Source: Chiloscyllium plagiosum (taxonomy: Eukaryota). Taken from it: DNA of 64,000 nucleotides. Under the pieces are notes generated by a model. That model was given only the letters and a program-made list of their open reading frames with translations. It did no database searches and was not told the origin of the DNA. The stretch is taken from assembly GCF_004010195.1 (NCBI RefSeq), contig NC_057720.1, positions 2,051,701 through 2,115,700 of the forward strand, read 5' to 3'. Of the stretch, positions 13,126 to 26,185 are shown one piece after another; the first letter of the stretch is position 1; each line of letters begins with the position of its first letter. The translations under genes and the position numbers were made by a program.

Positions 13126-14173
13126 AATAATGATGATGTTAATCAAGTACATAATTCACTTCATACTCCATCTGCCACCATCTTACTCATGTCACAGTCT
13201 CCACCCTCAGCAGGAAGCCTCATTTCCCACCTAATTTTGTCATATCCACAAATAGTCATTCAAACTAACACATCGGATATAGTTATGATATGAAGTTCTA
13301 AGGAACTGAAAACAAACGAGGTTTGAGAATCAGTAAAAATTTTACATCAAAATTTATGTTACAAATTTGAATACACAATCAATCTGACACCACATTTCAG
13401 CCAAAAACTAACTTGCAGAGACCATGATTTTCAAACCTGATCAAAGTTTTTAAACAGGACATGGCCATTACTGGCTGGGCCAGCATTTATTGCCCATCCC
13501 TAGTTGCCAGAGGACAGTTAAGAATCAACCACATTACTGGATTCACATACAGGCCAGACTAAGTAAGGACAGCAGTTTCTCTCCCTAAAGGGCATTAGTG
13601 AACTCATTGAATTGTTCCAACAAGTGGCAATGGTTTCATTGTTAGATTCTTAATTCCAGATTATTATTGAGTTTGAATTCCACCACCTACCATGGCAGGA
13701 TTTGAACCACATCCCCAAACCATTATTTGGGAGTGTGGATTAATCATCTAGCAAAGATACTAATGGACCATTGCCTCCCCCGGTTTGAGATTTAATTCTG
13801 GATCTAGTCTGGGACTGGACTCATATGTGAGTCTATCCAAGGCCCTAAAGGAGCCTTCCACATCCATCAAAGTTTTACAAGAATTCTTGTTTGCGAAGTG
13901 CTTATAGGTTTTCTAGTGATTAACGTTCCCCATATTCAACAGCTACTTATAGGAGACCTTTAGCATCAAGTGTGCTGATCGCTGGACCATTTTGTTGAAC
14001 ATCTCTCAGCTGTAAACAGTTTTTTTTATCTAACAGGGCTTCCTTTGTGACAATATTATGACAGTTGTTCCTGGGTCTAACTTGAAATTTGTGAGGTGCA
14101 ATTGATATAAATGTCACCTTGCGGAAATGAATGACTTGGAAGACCAATTTCCCCTAAGAAAATGCTGGATTCG

Positions 14174-14322
14174 CTCCAGGCTCACTGCCTTTATTCCTGA
14201 TGAAGGGCTTTTGCCCAAAACGTCGATTTCAAAGCTCCTTGGATGCTGCCTGAACTGCTGTGCTCTTCCAGCACCACTGATCCAGAATCTGGTTTCCAGC
14301 ATCTGCAGTCATTGTTTTTACC
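14174..14322 (+). mobile_element. PLE pLTR-derived segment (family A); hammerhead G12>A
   Basis: CTGATGA-A-GGGC-TTTT-GCCC-AAAA-CGTC at 14197-14224; flanks align with 490-640. Confidence 0.8.
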
Positions 14323-15369
14323 TCATATGTGAGTCAGACTGGTAAAAGACAAGAGGTCACCTTTCAAAAAGAGTAAACATGAACAAGCCAGTTGGGATTT
14401 TCTTTTTGTTTTTAGAATGCTTCATGATCACTGTTACTGACGTCAGCTTTTCATATAGGTGTATTTCAAACTTAGAATGATCAAACCTGGGGTCTGAATA
14501 CACACCCATCAGGACAACTAGCCCTGGTTTAACTGGAGTAACCGAGTACCATAACCGTAATGCCAATGTATCCAGTGCAAAGTGAATTCCTCTGCAATTC
14601 AATGGGCAATATACACACTGCCTGGATTTGAATATTCAGGTGCAAGTTGCAATACATATAATAGTCCCATAGAAAAGATCCAGTTCTCACAAGCCCACCA
14701 AGCTGTTTGGATGGAGGGATTTCAGACATGACAGCACCTTATTGTGTTTCCCACTGAACGTTACTAAGTGACCCCAATTTAGTTCACCAGCTGAGCTGAA
14801 GATGAGTTGTCAATTGATCAGGAGTTTACTGACGAGATTGTTTTACAAATTGATTCTGAGTGCCTAAGTTACAAATTCACAATGGCTTCTGTGTTTGTGT
14901 TTATAACAATAGTTCCTGCACCTCAAAGCAATTGTGCAATTGACCGATCTACTGTTGTTTCGGAGGTGTGTAATCAGATATTATATAAATGTGAACTTCC
15001 TTCCAAACATATTCTTCTCATAAATGATAATGCAACAGGTCTTGATTTCTCAAAGTGAATTTCATCTTGAAGTGAGCACTGGGACACCACAAAGCAGATC
15101 GAAACGAAGAGTGTTGTGTAAGTGGAGGAGTGACTACAGAATACTGAGGTGCTAAGGGATCTCAGTTTGCTTGTACATGAATTGCAAAACGTTAGTATGC
15201 AATTAAGAAGTTTAATGAAATCCCATCATTTATTATTAATGAACAAGGAACAAGAATAATTCCTCAGGCTTTGAGCTTGCATGAAGAGGAACAACTTTCT
15301 GTTATGCAGGCCATTGGTGACATCACATCAAAAAGCTATGTGCAGTAATTCCTTATTTAGGGAAGGATT

Positions 15370-15719
15370 TATAGAAAACTTTGTTTCAACCACCACCTAA
15401 ATAATCATTTTGCTCAATAAATTGGCAAGAATTATATCCCTGAAATACCAGACATTTATTGTGTTATTGTGATCTCTGAGTGGTCAGTTGAGGGTGTGGA
15501 TGAGAAGGCTCTCTGCTGGTATGTTTATTGCAGTTAATATTTAAGTGATTTGTGCTGTAAATAAATTATAACAGTGATGTGTATACCCTCATCATTATGT
15601 TTCTATTACTCAGTGTGTTTTTACATTGAATTTTTGTGGACCTCTTGATCAACCAGAATTTTTGATCAACCAATGCACTCCTGTTCCCTTAGGTGTTGGT
15701 TAATAAAAGATTTGCTGGA
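15370..15719. mobile_element. Possible old MITE/DNA-transposon remnant inside a decayed CR1
   Basis: Degenerate ~29 bp terminal inverted repeats (tatagaaaactttgtttcaaccaccacct vs reverse complement of aggtgttggttaataaaagatttgctgga). The host CR1-like sequence resumes after it. Confidence 0.35.
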
Positions 15720-17425
15720 AATGTATTGAGTGATGTATTTATTTATTGATAAATGTATCTGGGGAGAGGCAGTGAAAAGTGTCCTGTCACCACAAGCCAG
15801 CGCCATTTTGATGTACAAGAAAAATAAAAGAAAGTTCTGAAGAAGAGTTCAACTTTATCGTCTGGGGTTCCAAACATAGCTCCAGGACTTCTGCAAGGCC
15901 CCTGCTCCAGGTCTACCACAGCCAGGGATCTCTGTGCTCCACCCTCGCTGCAGCCAATGTCACACCACCATATGTAGTCTGCTGTAAAAGAACCTTCCAA
16001 CCTTTTAGTTGCGTTATTTGTATTAATTCCTCACCTGAAAATCTTGCCCAGCCAGACATACCTCACAGAAAACAAATGAACCCCAGCAGGGACACTGGCT
16101 GTTACAAGAAACAAAGCCTATTCACTCTGAGCCAACAAGACAACTGCACCCCTCTACATGCCCACTGTGTACTGTGCATATGAAAGTAAAGGGTGACTTG
16201 GTGATGGAATACTGGCCTCTACACAGGTATTTCAGTTTCCCTACCTCGAAGCCAGAAATCCTGGGTTTCAGTCCCACATGATCGAGAGAGTTAAGCTGAT
16301 ACTCTCAGTAAGGGAGTTATTTAGAAATGAAAGGGGAGTTATTCAGTGATCTCAGGATTGCTACCAGTGCCATGTGCTAACCAGGGTAGAAATGAAAGAA
16401 TAGGCAGGGTGAATACGTGGCTTGAGGGATGACGTAGGAGGGAGTTCAGATTTGTTGGACATTGGGACCAGTTCTGGGGAAGTTGGGACTATTACAAATT
16501 GGATGGTCTACACCTGAACCAGACTGGAACGAATGTCCTCTAATCTGGGCAGCAGAGGGATACAGATGCTTAAGAATTGGGTGATTGGTTTAGACAGTGG
16601 GTTTGTACGGCTGAAGGGCCTGTTCCTGGGCTGTACATTTTTTTTGTAGCCTTTGTTCTAAATGGGGGAGAGAGAGCAGACTGGAGTTTGTACTGGACTA
16701 GAATATAGAACAGTACAGCACATACAGGCCCTTCAGCCCTCAATGTTATGCCCACCTTTTACCCTATTCTAAGATCAGACTAACCCATATAGCCTTCCAT
16801 ATGCCTATCTAAGAGTCGCTTAAATGTCCCTAATGTATCTGACTCTATGACCACCGCTGGCAGTGCATTCCACACACCCATCACTCTCTGTGTAATGAAC
16901 CAACCTCTGACATCTCTTCTAAACCTTTCTGCAATCACCTTAAATTTATACCCGCTCATGATAGCCATTTCCGCCCTCGGAAAACTTCTCTGACTCTTCA
17001 GTCTATCTATGCCTCTCATCATCTTGTACACCTCTATCAAGTCAACTCTCAGCCTTCTTCGCTCCAATGAGAAAAGCCCTAGCTTCCTCAACCTTACTTC
17101 ATAAGACATGCCCTCCAGTGCAGGCAGCATCCTGATAAATCTCTCTACACCTTCTCTAAAGCTTCCATATCCTTTCTATAAGGAGGTGACCAGAACTGAA
17201 CACAACTTTCCAAATGTGGTCTAACAAGGGCTTTATGGAGCTATAGCATAAATCCAATCCCCCTGCTAATGAAAGCCAACAAACCATACAGCTTCTTAAC
17301 AACCTTATCAACTTGGGTGGCAACTTTGAGGGATCTGTGGACATGGACCCCAAGATCGCTCTGTTCCTCCACACTGCCAAGAATCCTATCTTTAACCCTG
17401 CATTCTATACTCAAATTTGACCTAC

Positions 17426-18379
17426 TGTCACAAAGCTCATCCCTATTTTTCATAAAAGCTGTTCCTTGGCTCAAGGATACTCTGTTCTTGATTTTTTTCA
17501 GTTGGGCAATAATCCAACCCTGGCTCTGATCGGTTTGGTTTGGTACAGAGATGAAAAGGATTTGGAGAGGCCTTTTGTTTAGGTGTAAACAGATGAGACT
17601 TCAGGCCAATGTGGACATGTCTTAGAAGTGACCTGAATATTAAAAGTGGAGTGGTCAGCTCTCTAGCTAGCTGAGCTGAGCAGTTTATAGTTCAGTCTGA
17701 CCTAGTCATAGAGTCATAGAGATGTACAGCATGGAAACAGACCCTCCCAACTCCTGTACTCAATACTCTGACCAATAAAGGAAAGCATACTAAATACCTT
17801 CTTCACTATCCTATCTACTTATGACTCCACTTTCAAGGACCTATGAACCTGCACTCCAAGGTCTCTTTGTTCAGCAACACTCCCCAGGACCCTACCTGGT
17901 GAGGAGTCCAACAGTGAGCTGTGTGGAAACTCTCTCTCTCTCTTTCTGCCCTTCAACTTCAACCTGTAAGCATATATTCCATTTATACTGGTTTTTTAAA
18001 GGGAGTTAACTTCGTGGGACTGTTGTGCATATTCAGAATAGCATAATTAAGTCTAATTGGATAGGCTGAGCTGAAAATGTGTTGCTGGAAAAGCGCAGCA
18101 GGTCAGGCAGCATCCAGGGAACAGGAGAATCGACGTTTCGGGCATAAGCCCTTCTTCCTTGGATAGGCTGAGTTCTGTAAGGGTTCTTTATTCTGTTCTT
18201 TGTGTTTCATTGTATAATTTTGTGAATAATTTTTTTTGTCAGTTTTAAAATCTAGTAGTCAACCTCGCTAAATTAATCTGGGTAATTTTCACTGTACACT
18301 TACCAAAACAAATTGCAAAGTTATGGTCTGGGGCTGCCTGCTTAAGAATGTTTTGAGTGGTCTGGCCTAGTCCATAACA
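17426..18379. mobile_element. Solo LTR, itself containing a CR1 fragment (~17703-17895) and a PLE mini-insertion (18071-18158)
   Basis: Termini TGTCA...TAACA; 4-bp TSD CTAC at 17422-17425 and 18380-18383. Removing it restores host CR1 aaatttgacctaccaaaatgaatc. Confidence 0.85.
18071..18158 (-). mobile_element. PLE pLTR-derived mini-insertion (family A)
   Basis: 14-bp TSD ttggataggctgag at 18057-18070 and 18159-18172. Hammerhead stem II and GAAACGUC are present; the core is cut off at its 5' CU. Confidence 0.88.
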
Positions 18380-20415
18380 CTACCAAAATGAATCACTTCA
18401 CACTTTTCCAGGTTGAACTCCTTCTGCAACTTTTTAGCCCAATTCTGTATTTTGTCAATGTCCCGTTGCAACTTACAACAGCCCTGTACACTATCCACAA
18501 CTCCACCAACCTTCATGTCATCGGCAAACTTACTGACCCACCCTTCCACTCCTTCATGCAAGTGATTTATAAAAATCACAAAGAGCAGAGGTCCCAAAAC
18601 AAATCCCTGCGGAATACCACCAGACACCGAGCTCCGGACTGAATACTTTCCATCAACCACAACCCTCTGTCTTCTATGGGCCAGCCAATTCAGTATCTAA
18701 ACAGCCAAATTTCCCTGTATCCCATGCATCCTTACTTTCTGAATGAGCGCATCATGGGGAACCTTAGCAAGTGCCTTGTTAAAATCCATGTACACCACAT
18801 CCACTTCTGTACCTTCACCAACATCCTCAAAACATTCAATAAGGTTTGTGAGACATGACCTGCCCCTCACACAGCCATGCTGACTATCTCTAATCAAACT
18901 ATGGTTTTTCAAGTAATCAACAATCCTGTCTCTTAGAATCATCTCCAATAATTTTCCCACCACTGATGTAACACTGACTGGTTGTAATTCCCTCGGTTAT
19001 CCCTATTCCTTTGTTGAACAAGAGAATAACATTTGCCATCCTCCAATCATCTGGCACTACTCCGTGGACAGTGAGGTTGCAAAGATCATTGGCAAAGGCA
19101 CAGCAATCTCTTCCTTGCTTCCTGTAGTAACCTTGGGTATATCCCACCAGGGGATTTATCTATCCTTATGTTTTTGAAAATTTTCATCACATCCTCCTTC
19201 TTAACATTAATCTGTTTCGGCATCTCAGCCTGTTTCACCCTTTCCTCACAAACGTCAAAGTCCCTCTCAGTAGTGAATACTGAAGCAAAATATTCATTAA
19301 GGACCTCCCCTCCTCCTCTGACTCCAGGCACATGTTCCCTCCACTATCTCTGATCAGCCCTACTCTCATTCCTGATGATGGGCTTTTGCCCAAAATGTTG
19401 ACTCTCCTGCTCCTTGGATGCTGCCTGACTGGCTGTGCTTTTCTAGCACCACACTCTCAACTTTAATCTCCAGCTTCTGCAGTCCTCACTCTGCCCATCC
19501 TCTTGTTCCTCATATAAGTGTAGAATGCCTTCAGGTTTTCCTTAATCCACTAACCCTTTCTTGTACCCTTGCTAGTTCTCCAAAGTCTATTCTTCAGTTA
19601 CTTCCTTGTTACCTCGTAACCCTCTAAACCCCCACTGATCCTTGCCTCCTCAACCCTAAATAAGATTCCTTCTTCCTCTTGACTAGATGTTCCACATCCC
19701 TTGTCACCCAAAACTTCTTCACTCGACTATCCCTACCTTACCTCAGTAGGACAAACATAGTTGTTTATATTTCAGCTCTCCAGCATCTGCAAGATTTTGC
19801 TTTCACATCTCAGACTGCTGGTTTCTGGAAGGATAACTTCAACCTGTTCAATCCTTTTCTTGCCTTTCCTGATGTCATTGCTGAGTTCTGAGTTCATTCC
19901 AAGAATTTCCTTTTTTCTTTCTTTTACGAATCAATGGGAATGATCCTTAGAAGATGCTTGCATTCTGCAAACCCTGAACACTGACAATACTGTGGATGTA
20001 TTGTGGACAGAGCAGTATTTTTGAAATCTGATTATTATCACCGTTCAATTTCCTGTCTGCCTAAAATGGATTCCAATCCCACAGCACAGCAGTATGTGCA
20101 GGGCATAATAATTGTGTTCTTTCCTGTAGAAATTTGGTGCAATTAAACTAAAGGAAGAGAACTTGCAGTGTCAGATCAACTGTAGCTCTACTGTTTAACC
20201 TCCAAAAGCAATAATGTAAAATTGACTGTTGGATTGAGGATACCATCAATATAACTTGTTAGATCACAGAGGCCAGACACAGAGGAACTTAATCTCAATC
20301 ACAATAACTTCCCCACTGAGGGCTTCACCTTGACAGGGATACAGACTGAGCTATGCCTCGCATTTGAGAATATATTGGTCATGGAGGGAGTTCTGCATAG
20401 GTTTACAAGAATGAT

Positions 20416-20523
20416 GAATGATGATTGATTTCTAATGAAGGGCTTATGCCCGAAACGTTGATTCTCCTGCTCCTCAGATGCTGCGTGATCTGCTGTGCTT
20501 TTCCAGCACCACATTCTCGACTC
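20416..20523 (+). mobile_element. PLE pLTR-derived mini-insertion (family A); hammerhead G5>A
   Basis: 13-bp TSD ttacaagaatgat at 20403-20415 and 20524-20536; CTAATGA-A-GGGC-TTAT-GCCC-GAAACGTT. Confidence 0.85.
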
Positions 20524-20536
20524 TTACAAGAATGAT

Positions 20537-20850
20537 TAGATTAGATTAGATTACTTACAGCGTGGAAACAGGCCTTTCGGCCCAACAAGTCCACACCAAC
20601 CCTTTGAAGAGCAACCCACCCAGACCCATTCCCCTACACTTACCCCTTCACCTAACACTATGGGCAATTTAGCATGGCCAATTCACCTGACCTGCACATT
20701 TTTGGACTTTGGGAGGAAACCGGAGCACCCGGAGGAAACCCACGCAGACACGGGGAGAATGTGCAAACTCTACACAGACAGTTGCCTGAGGCGGGATTGA
20801 ACCCGGTCTCTGGCGCCATGAGGCAGCAAGTGCTAACCATTGTGCCACCC
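20537..20850 (-). mobile_element. HE1-like tRNA-derived V-SINE
   Basis: tRNA-like head, V-domain (tttgcacattctccccgtgtctgcgtgggtttcctccgggtgctccggtttcctccc), CR1-like tail and (taatc)n. Confidence 0.88.
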
Positions 20851-21950
20851 ATGATACCTGGACTTAAGGTGTTTTGTTATGAGGAGAGATTACACAAATG
20901 AGGCCTGTTTTTCTCTAGAATTTAGGAGGTTAAGGGGTGATCTGATCAAATGTATCTGACTCTCCTACCACTGCCAGCATTGCATTTCATGCACCCACTG
21001 CTCTCTGTGTAAAGAACCTACCTCTGAGATCTCCCCTAAACCTTCCTCCGACATCTCCCCTAAACCTTCCTCCAATCACCTTAAAGTTATGCCCCCTCGT
21101 GATAGCCATTTCTACCCTGGGAAAAAGTCTCTAGCTATTCACTCTATCTATGCCTCTCAACATCTTGTACATCACTATCAAGTCACCTCTCACCCTTCTT
21201 CGCTCCAATGAGAAAACCCTAGCTCCCTCAACCTTTCTTCATAAGACAAGCCCTTCTGCTACACTGAATGGTGGCTGTGTGGAATGCTCTGCCCCAGAGG
21301 GCAGTGGAGGCCCAGTCTCTGGATTAATTTAAGAAAGAGTTGGATAGAGTGCTCAAGGATAGTGGAATTAAGGGTTATGGAGATAAGGTAGGAACAGGAT
21401 ACTGATTAAGGATGATCAGCCATGATCATATTGAATGGTTGTGCAGGCTCGAAGGGCAGAATGGCCTACTCCTGCACCGATTGTCTATTGTCTATTGATT
21501 CTGCCTCAGAATAAGTGGATGGAATTTTCTTTTTGGAGACAGTTTAAAAGCAAGATGGACCTCTGTTGGAGGAGCCTGTACTGTGCAGTACAGTTCTATG
21601 TTCTATATTAACAAGAAACAATAGGGTAGATAAAGATAAACTTTTTCCACTGGTTAGGGATTCTAGAATGAAAGGGACAATCTGAGAATTCACACCAGAC
21701 CATTCAGGAGAGATGTAGGAAGCATTTAGACATACAAAGGTTGGAAAGGTTTGGAACTCTCTTCTGCAAACAGCTCTGGATGCTGGATCAGTTGTTAAGT
21801 TAAATCTGAGATGGATGAATATTTGTTAGACAGTGCTATGAAAGGATATGGACCAAAGGCAGATATATGGAGCTAGGCCACAAATCAGCCATGAACTCAT
21901 TGAATAGTGGAACAGCCTAAGTGGCTGAATAGCCTACTCCCGTTCCTATG
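20851..21950. mobile_element. Patchwork of CR1 3' fragments on both strands
   Basis: Host RFTRMIPG continues at 20851. A minus fragment lies at ~20950-21255; plus-strand tails at ~21490 and ~21945. Confidence 0.7.
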
Positions 21951-22871
21951 TAGGTGTTAGAAAGTCTTGGGTTTAAGTCCCATTCCAGACTCTTGACCAC
22001 AAAGTCTAGCTCTGAGAGGGTGCTATCTTTTTAAGTGAGACATCAGTTCAGGGTCTTCACAGTCTCAGGAAGATGTGTAAGATCCTCTGCTAGTCTTTTG
22101 GAGCAGATAAGCTACTGCTCCCTGTTGTCTTCAGCTAATATTTATGGTCATTAAAAAGCAGATTGTGTGGCCATTGTCACATTACTCACTGTGGGACAAA
22201 TTGGGTTCTATTACAACAGGCACAGACTTCATCAGGGAGAAAACACTTGATGCCAAGTCTGTGAAAAGCATCACAGAAACTGGGGTCGATGTCACAGAAT
22301 CACAGGATTGTTACAACACAGAGGAGGCCAGGGTGCCTAGAATGGTTCTTTCAATCAGTGAGAATCCTTTTCCCCATATCCTTGTACACTATATCGAGCT
22401 AAATAATCATCCAATTTGCACTCGAATGACTCAATTGAACCTTCCTCCACCATATTTCCAGGCAGTGCATTCCACATGCTAACTACTCACTGTGTGTAAG
22501 TGAGGGCTCACCATTTAAAAATAAGGGGCATCGAGAGATTATTGTTCAGAGGGTAGTGAGACTTTGGAACTCACTTCCTCAAAAGGCAGTGACAGCCCAG
22601 TATTTGAATATTTTTAAGGCAGAGGTGGAGGGATTCATGGTGAGTGGGGGGGTGAAAGGTTATCAGAAGGAGGCAAGAATGTGAAGTAATCAGGTCTGCC
22701 AAGATCATTTTAAACCAGGGAGCAGACTCAATGGACATTCCTGCCCCTAACTCATACATTACATTCAATTAATGATTAATCCCCAACACAATGCAGAGAA
22801 TTAGGTCAAAATGATGCATAGAATTGGGCCAAAGCTGGTGATTATGTTCCACAGAGTTCTTTTCACCTTGC

Positions 22872-23190
22872 CTGGGTAGCACGGTAGCTCAGTGGTTAGC
22901 CCTGCTGCCTCACAATGCCTGGGTCTTGGGTTCAATCCCACCCTTGGGTGACTGTGTGGAGTTTGCACATTCTCTGCATGGGTTTCCTCCCACAATCCAA
23001 AGATGTGCAGGTTAGGTTGATTGGCTATGCAAAATTGCCCATGATTCCAGAGATATTCCAGAGGCGAGGTGGATTAGCCATAGGAAAGGCAAGGCTATAT
23101 GAATATGATGGGTCTGGGTCGGTCTGGGTGGGATGCCCTTCAGAGAGTCAGTGTGGACTTGATGGGCTGAATGGTCTTCTTCCACACGGT
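22872..23190 (+). mobile_element. HE1-like V-SINE, diverged
   Basis: Head gcacggtagctcagtggttag...gggttcaatccc; V-domain; CR1-like tail. Confidence 0.8.
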
Positions 23191-23449
23191 ATGTGTTCAA
23201 TGTTTAGCCTTACTTTTCTTCGCCCTATCTGTATATCTATCCAACTATCACTGTCCCTCAAGTGTTTTCTCTAGTTTCCTCTTGACTGTCAAACATTTCT
23301 AAGCTGAAGTGAGCACTGTTCTCTTATTCATTTAGGCCATTCTCCACCTTCAATATTTACAAGCATTTCATTGTTATGTGTTAGCTTTAGACCATAAGAC
23401 ATAAGACATAGGAGCGGAAGTAAGGCCATTCGGCCCATCAAGTCCACTC

Positions 23450-24450
23450 TGCAAACTGAGCATTCCCCAAGAATCGGTGTTGGAACCCTTGCTTTTTCTG
23501 ATTGATGTCAATGAATTGGAGAGGGGTTTTGAGGGCAAAATCTCTCAAGTTGAAAATGATACTAAGTCAGGGAGAAGAGCGAACTGTGAGGATGATGCTG
23601 GGCAACTTCAAACGGACATTGGCAAATTGGCCAAATGAGCAGACACCTGGCGGTTGAATTTCAATGCAGAGAAATGTGGGGTAATGCACTTTGGAAGAAG
23701 AAACACAGAGACATACAGGCTCAATGCTACAAACTTGAGGGGAATACAGGAGCAGAGATATCTCAGGGTTCACGTGCATAATTGAAGGTGGCCAGGCAAG
23801 TTGAAACAGTTGTTAAGAAGGTAGATATGATCATTAGGTTTATAAATGGAGGCAGAGACTTAAAAGCAAGGAAGTGATGTTACACCTCTACAAGTCATAA
23901 ATCAGGCCACATCAGGAGTTTTGTGTTCAGTTCTGGACATCTTACTTAAGGAAGAATGTTAAAGCCCTAGAGGGTGAGCAAAGGAGATTTACCAGAATGA
24001 TTCCAGGAATGAGGGACTGTAGATACAATGAAAGGTTAGAGAGATTGGGCTTATTCTCATTGGAACAGAGAAGATTAAATGGGGACCTTATTGAGATGTT
24101 CAAAATTATGAACAATGTTGACATGAAAGAAGGATATTCTGTTTCCACCAGTTGGAATGTCAGGAAGTAGGGGTCACAATTTTAAGATTGTCAACGGGAG
24201 AGCTAGGATGGAGATGAGGAGAAATGTCTTTATTCAGAGAGTTGTTAGGATTTGGAATGTACTGTCTGGGAGATTGGTGGAGGCAGATTCCACAGGAGGT
24301 TTCAAAAGAGAGCTGGGTAGGTATTTGAAAGGGTTGAATTTAGGAGATAAGGTGACAGAATGGGACTAGCTGGGTAGTTCTTTCAGGAACTGGTACACAC
24401 ACGATGGGCTAAATGGCCTCCTTCTGCATTACAAATTCAATGATTCTAAA
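23450..24450 (+). mobile_element. Old CR1 RT/3' fragment
   Basis: Degenerate PQESVLEPLLF and WRLNFNAEKC peptides; ORF 24157-24369. Confidence 0.75.
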
Positions 24451-24599
24451 ATAGGAGCAGGATCAGACCACTTGGTCTTCAAACCTGCTCCACCATTCAA
24501 TACGATCATTGCTGATCATTCCATTCAGTACCTTCTTTCCACGTCTACCCCATATCTTTTGATATCCTTAGACCTAAGCCTATGTCTAACACGTTGAAG

Positions 24600-25540
24600 A
24601 CATTCATTTCCCAGTACCAAATCAAATATGGCTTCACCTCTTGTTGGCCTATCTGCATACTGTGTCAGAAAACCTTTCTGCACAAATTGGATAAAAACTG
24701 ACCCAACTAAAGTTATCGAGCTATACTGTTTCCAGTCAATATTTGGAAAGCTAAAGTCCCCCATAACAACTACTAACGAGAATCATCTTTGCAATCCTTT
24801 CCTCTCCATGGGGCGGCACGGTGGCATAGTGGTTAGCACTGCTGCCTCACAGCGCCAGAGACCTGGGTTCAATTCCCGCCTCAGGCGACTGACTGTGTGG
24901 AGTTTGCACATTCTCTCCGTGTCTGCGTGGGTTTCCTCCGGGTGCTCCGGTTTCCTCCCACAATCCAAAGATGTGCAGGTGAATTGGCCATACTAAATTG
25001 CCCGTAGTGTTAGGTTAGGGGTATGGGTGGGTTGCGCTTCGGCGGGGCGGTGTGGACTTGTTGGGCCGAAGGGCCTGTTTCCACACTGTAAGTAATCTAA
25101 TCTAATCTAAACATCTCTGGAACTATTCAGAGGCATATAGAAAACCCCCAACAAGGTGACCTCTCCTTTCTTGTTTCTAACCTCAACCCATACTACCTCA
25201 GTAGACGAATCCTCAAACGTCCTTTCTGCCACTGTAATACTGGCCTTGACTAACAATGTCACACCTCCCCCTCTTTTACCTGATCTTACTGAAATATCTG
25301 AACCCCGGAACCTGCGAAACCATTCCTGTCCCTGCTCTATCCATGTCTCTGAAATGGCCACAACATTGAAGTCCCAAGTACAAACCCATGCTGCAAGTTC
25401 ACTCACCTAATTCCGGGTGCTCCTGACATTGAAGTAGACACACTTCAAACCACACTCCTGCTTGCCGGTACACTCCTACGACCTTGAAACCTTATTCACG
25501 ACCTCACTACTTCCAACCTCCTGTACAGGCTCCCATCCTG
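24600..25540 (-). mobile_element. CR1 APE-domain fragment interrupted by a SINE
   Basis: ORFs 25107-25406 (VVAISETW) and 24525-24764 (GDFSFPNIDW), homologous to 6487-6996. Confidence 0.85.
24811..25110 (+). mobile_element. HE1-like V-SINE, full length and well preserved
   Basis: A-box tggcatagtgg, B-box ggttcaattcc, V-domain, tail ttgggccgaagggcctgtttccacactgta shared with local CR1 3' ends, (taatc)3. Confidence 0.92.
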
Positions 25541-25596
25541 ATATAACATGTAAGGAACAGGACCCTTACTTTTTCCAGCTTCCAATAAATACAATT

Positions 25597-25834
25597 AAAA
25601 ACAGAAATTGCTGGAGAAACTCAGCAGTATCTGTGGAGAGAAAGCAGATTCAACATTTCAGGTCCAGTGAACGTTCTTCAGAACACTTTTTTCAAGTACA
25701 TGCTGAAGAAGGGCACTGGACCAGAATCAGGGACTCTGCTTTCTCTCCAAGGATTCTGCCAGACCCATTGAATTTCTCCAACATGTTTTGTGAATGTTTC
25801 AGATTTCCAGCATCTGCAATTCTTTATTTTTTGT
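25597..25834. mobile_element. Inverted (fold-back) pair of pLTR-like segments, family D, with decayed hammerhead
   Basis: Left arm acagaaattgctggagaaactcagcag...ttcttcagaac is roughly the reverse complement of the right arm ctgaagaagggcactggacc...tttctccaacatgttttg. Confidence 0.65.
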
Positions 25835-25880
25835 CTAATATGTACACCTGTGTCACACTGCAAGCCGTTTGACAATATTA

Positions 25881-26185
25881 ATAGAATCCCTGCAGTGTGG
25901 AAACAGGTCTTTCAGCCCAAAATGTCCACACTGACCCTTCAAAGAGTAACCCCAGACCCATTCCCCTACACGATTACTCTACATTTACCCCTGACTAATG
26001 ACTAATGCATCTAACCTACACGTCCCTGATCGCTATGGACAACTTAGCATCGCCTATTCATCTAACCTGCATATCTTTGGACTGTGGGAGGAAACCTACG
26101 CAGACAGTCGCTTGAGGCTGGAATCAAACCCGGGCTCCTGGCGCTATGAGGCAGCAGTGCTAACCACTGAGCCACCGTGCCACCC
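25881..26185 (-). mobile_element. HE1-like V-SINE
   Basis: Reverse complement of the head (gggtggcacggtggctcagtggttagcactgctgcctca) ends at ~26185. Confidence 0.82.

Larger units (their letters stand above)
16700..19760 (-). mobile_element. CR1 LINE (RT region to 3' tail) hosting a solo LTR and a PLE mini-insertion (~19366-19495)
   Basis: ORFs 19086-19331, 18697-18963, 18367-18660 (FADD), 17241-17474, 16780-17130. Confidence 0.9.

Noticed and set aside
15743..16000. 85-aa minus-strand ORF as an exon
   Set aside because: No recognisable protein similarity; ends in acttttcactg...aataaataaat, which looks like a retroposon 3' tail.
24811..24890. tRNA gene
   Set aside because: A/B boxes belong to the tRNA-derived head of a V-SINE and continue into SINE body and tail.
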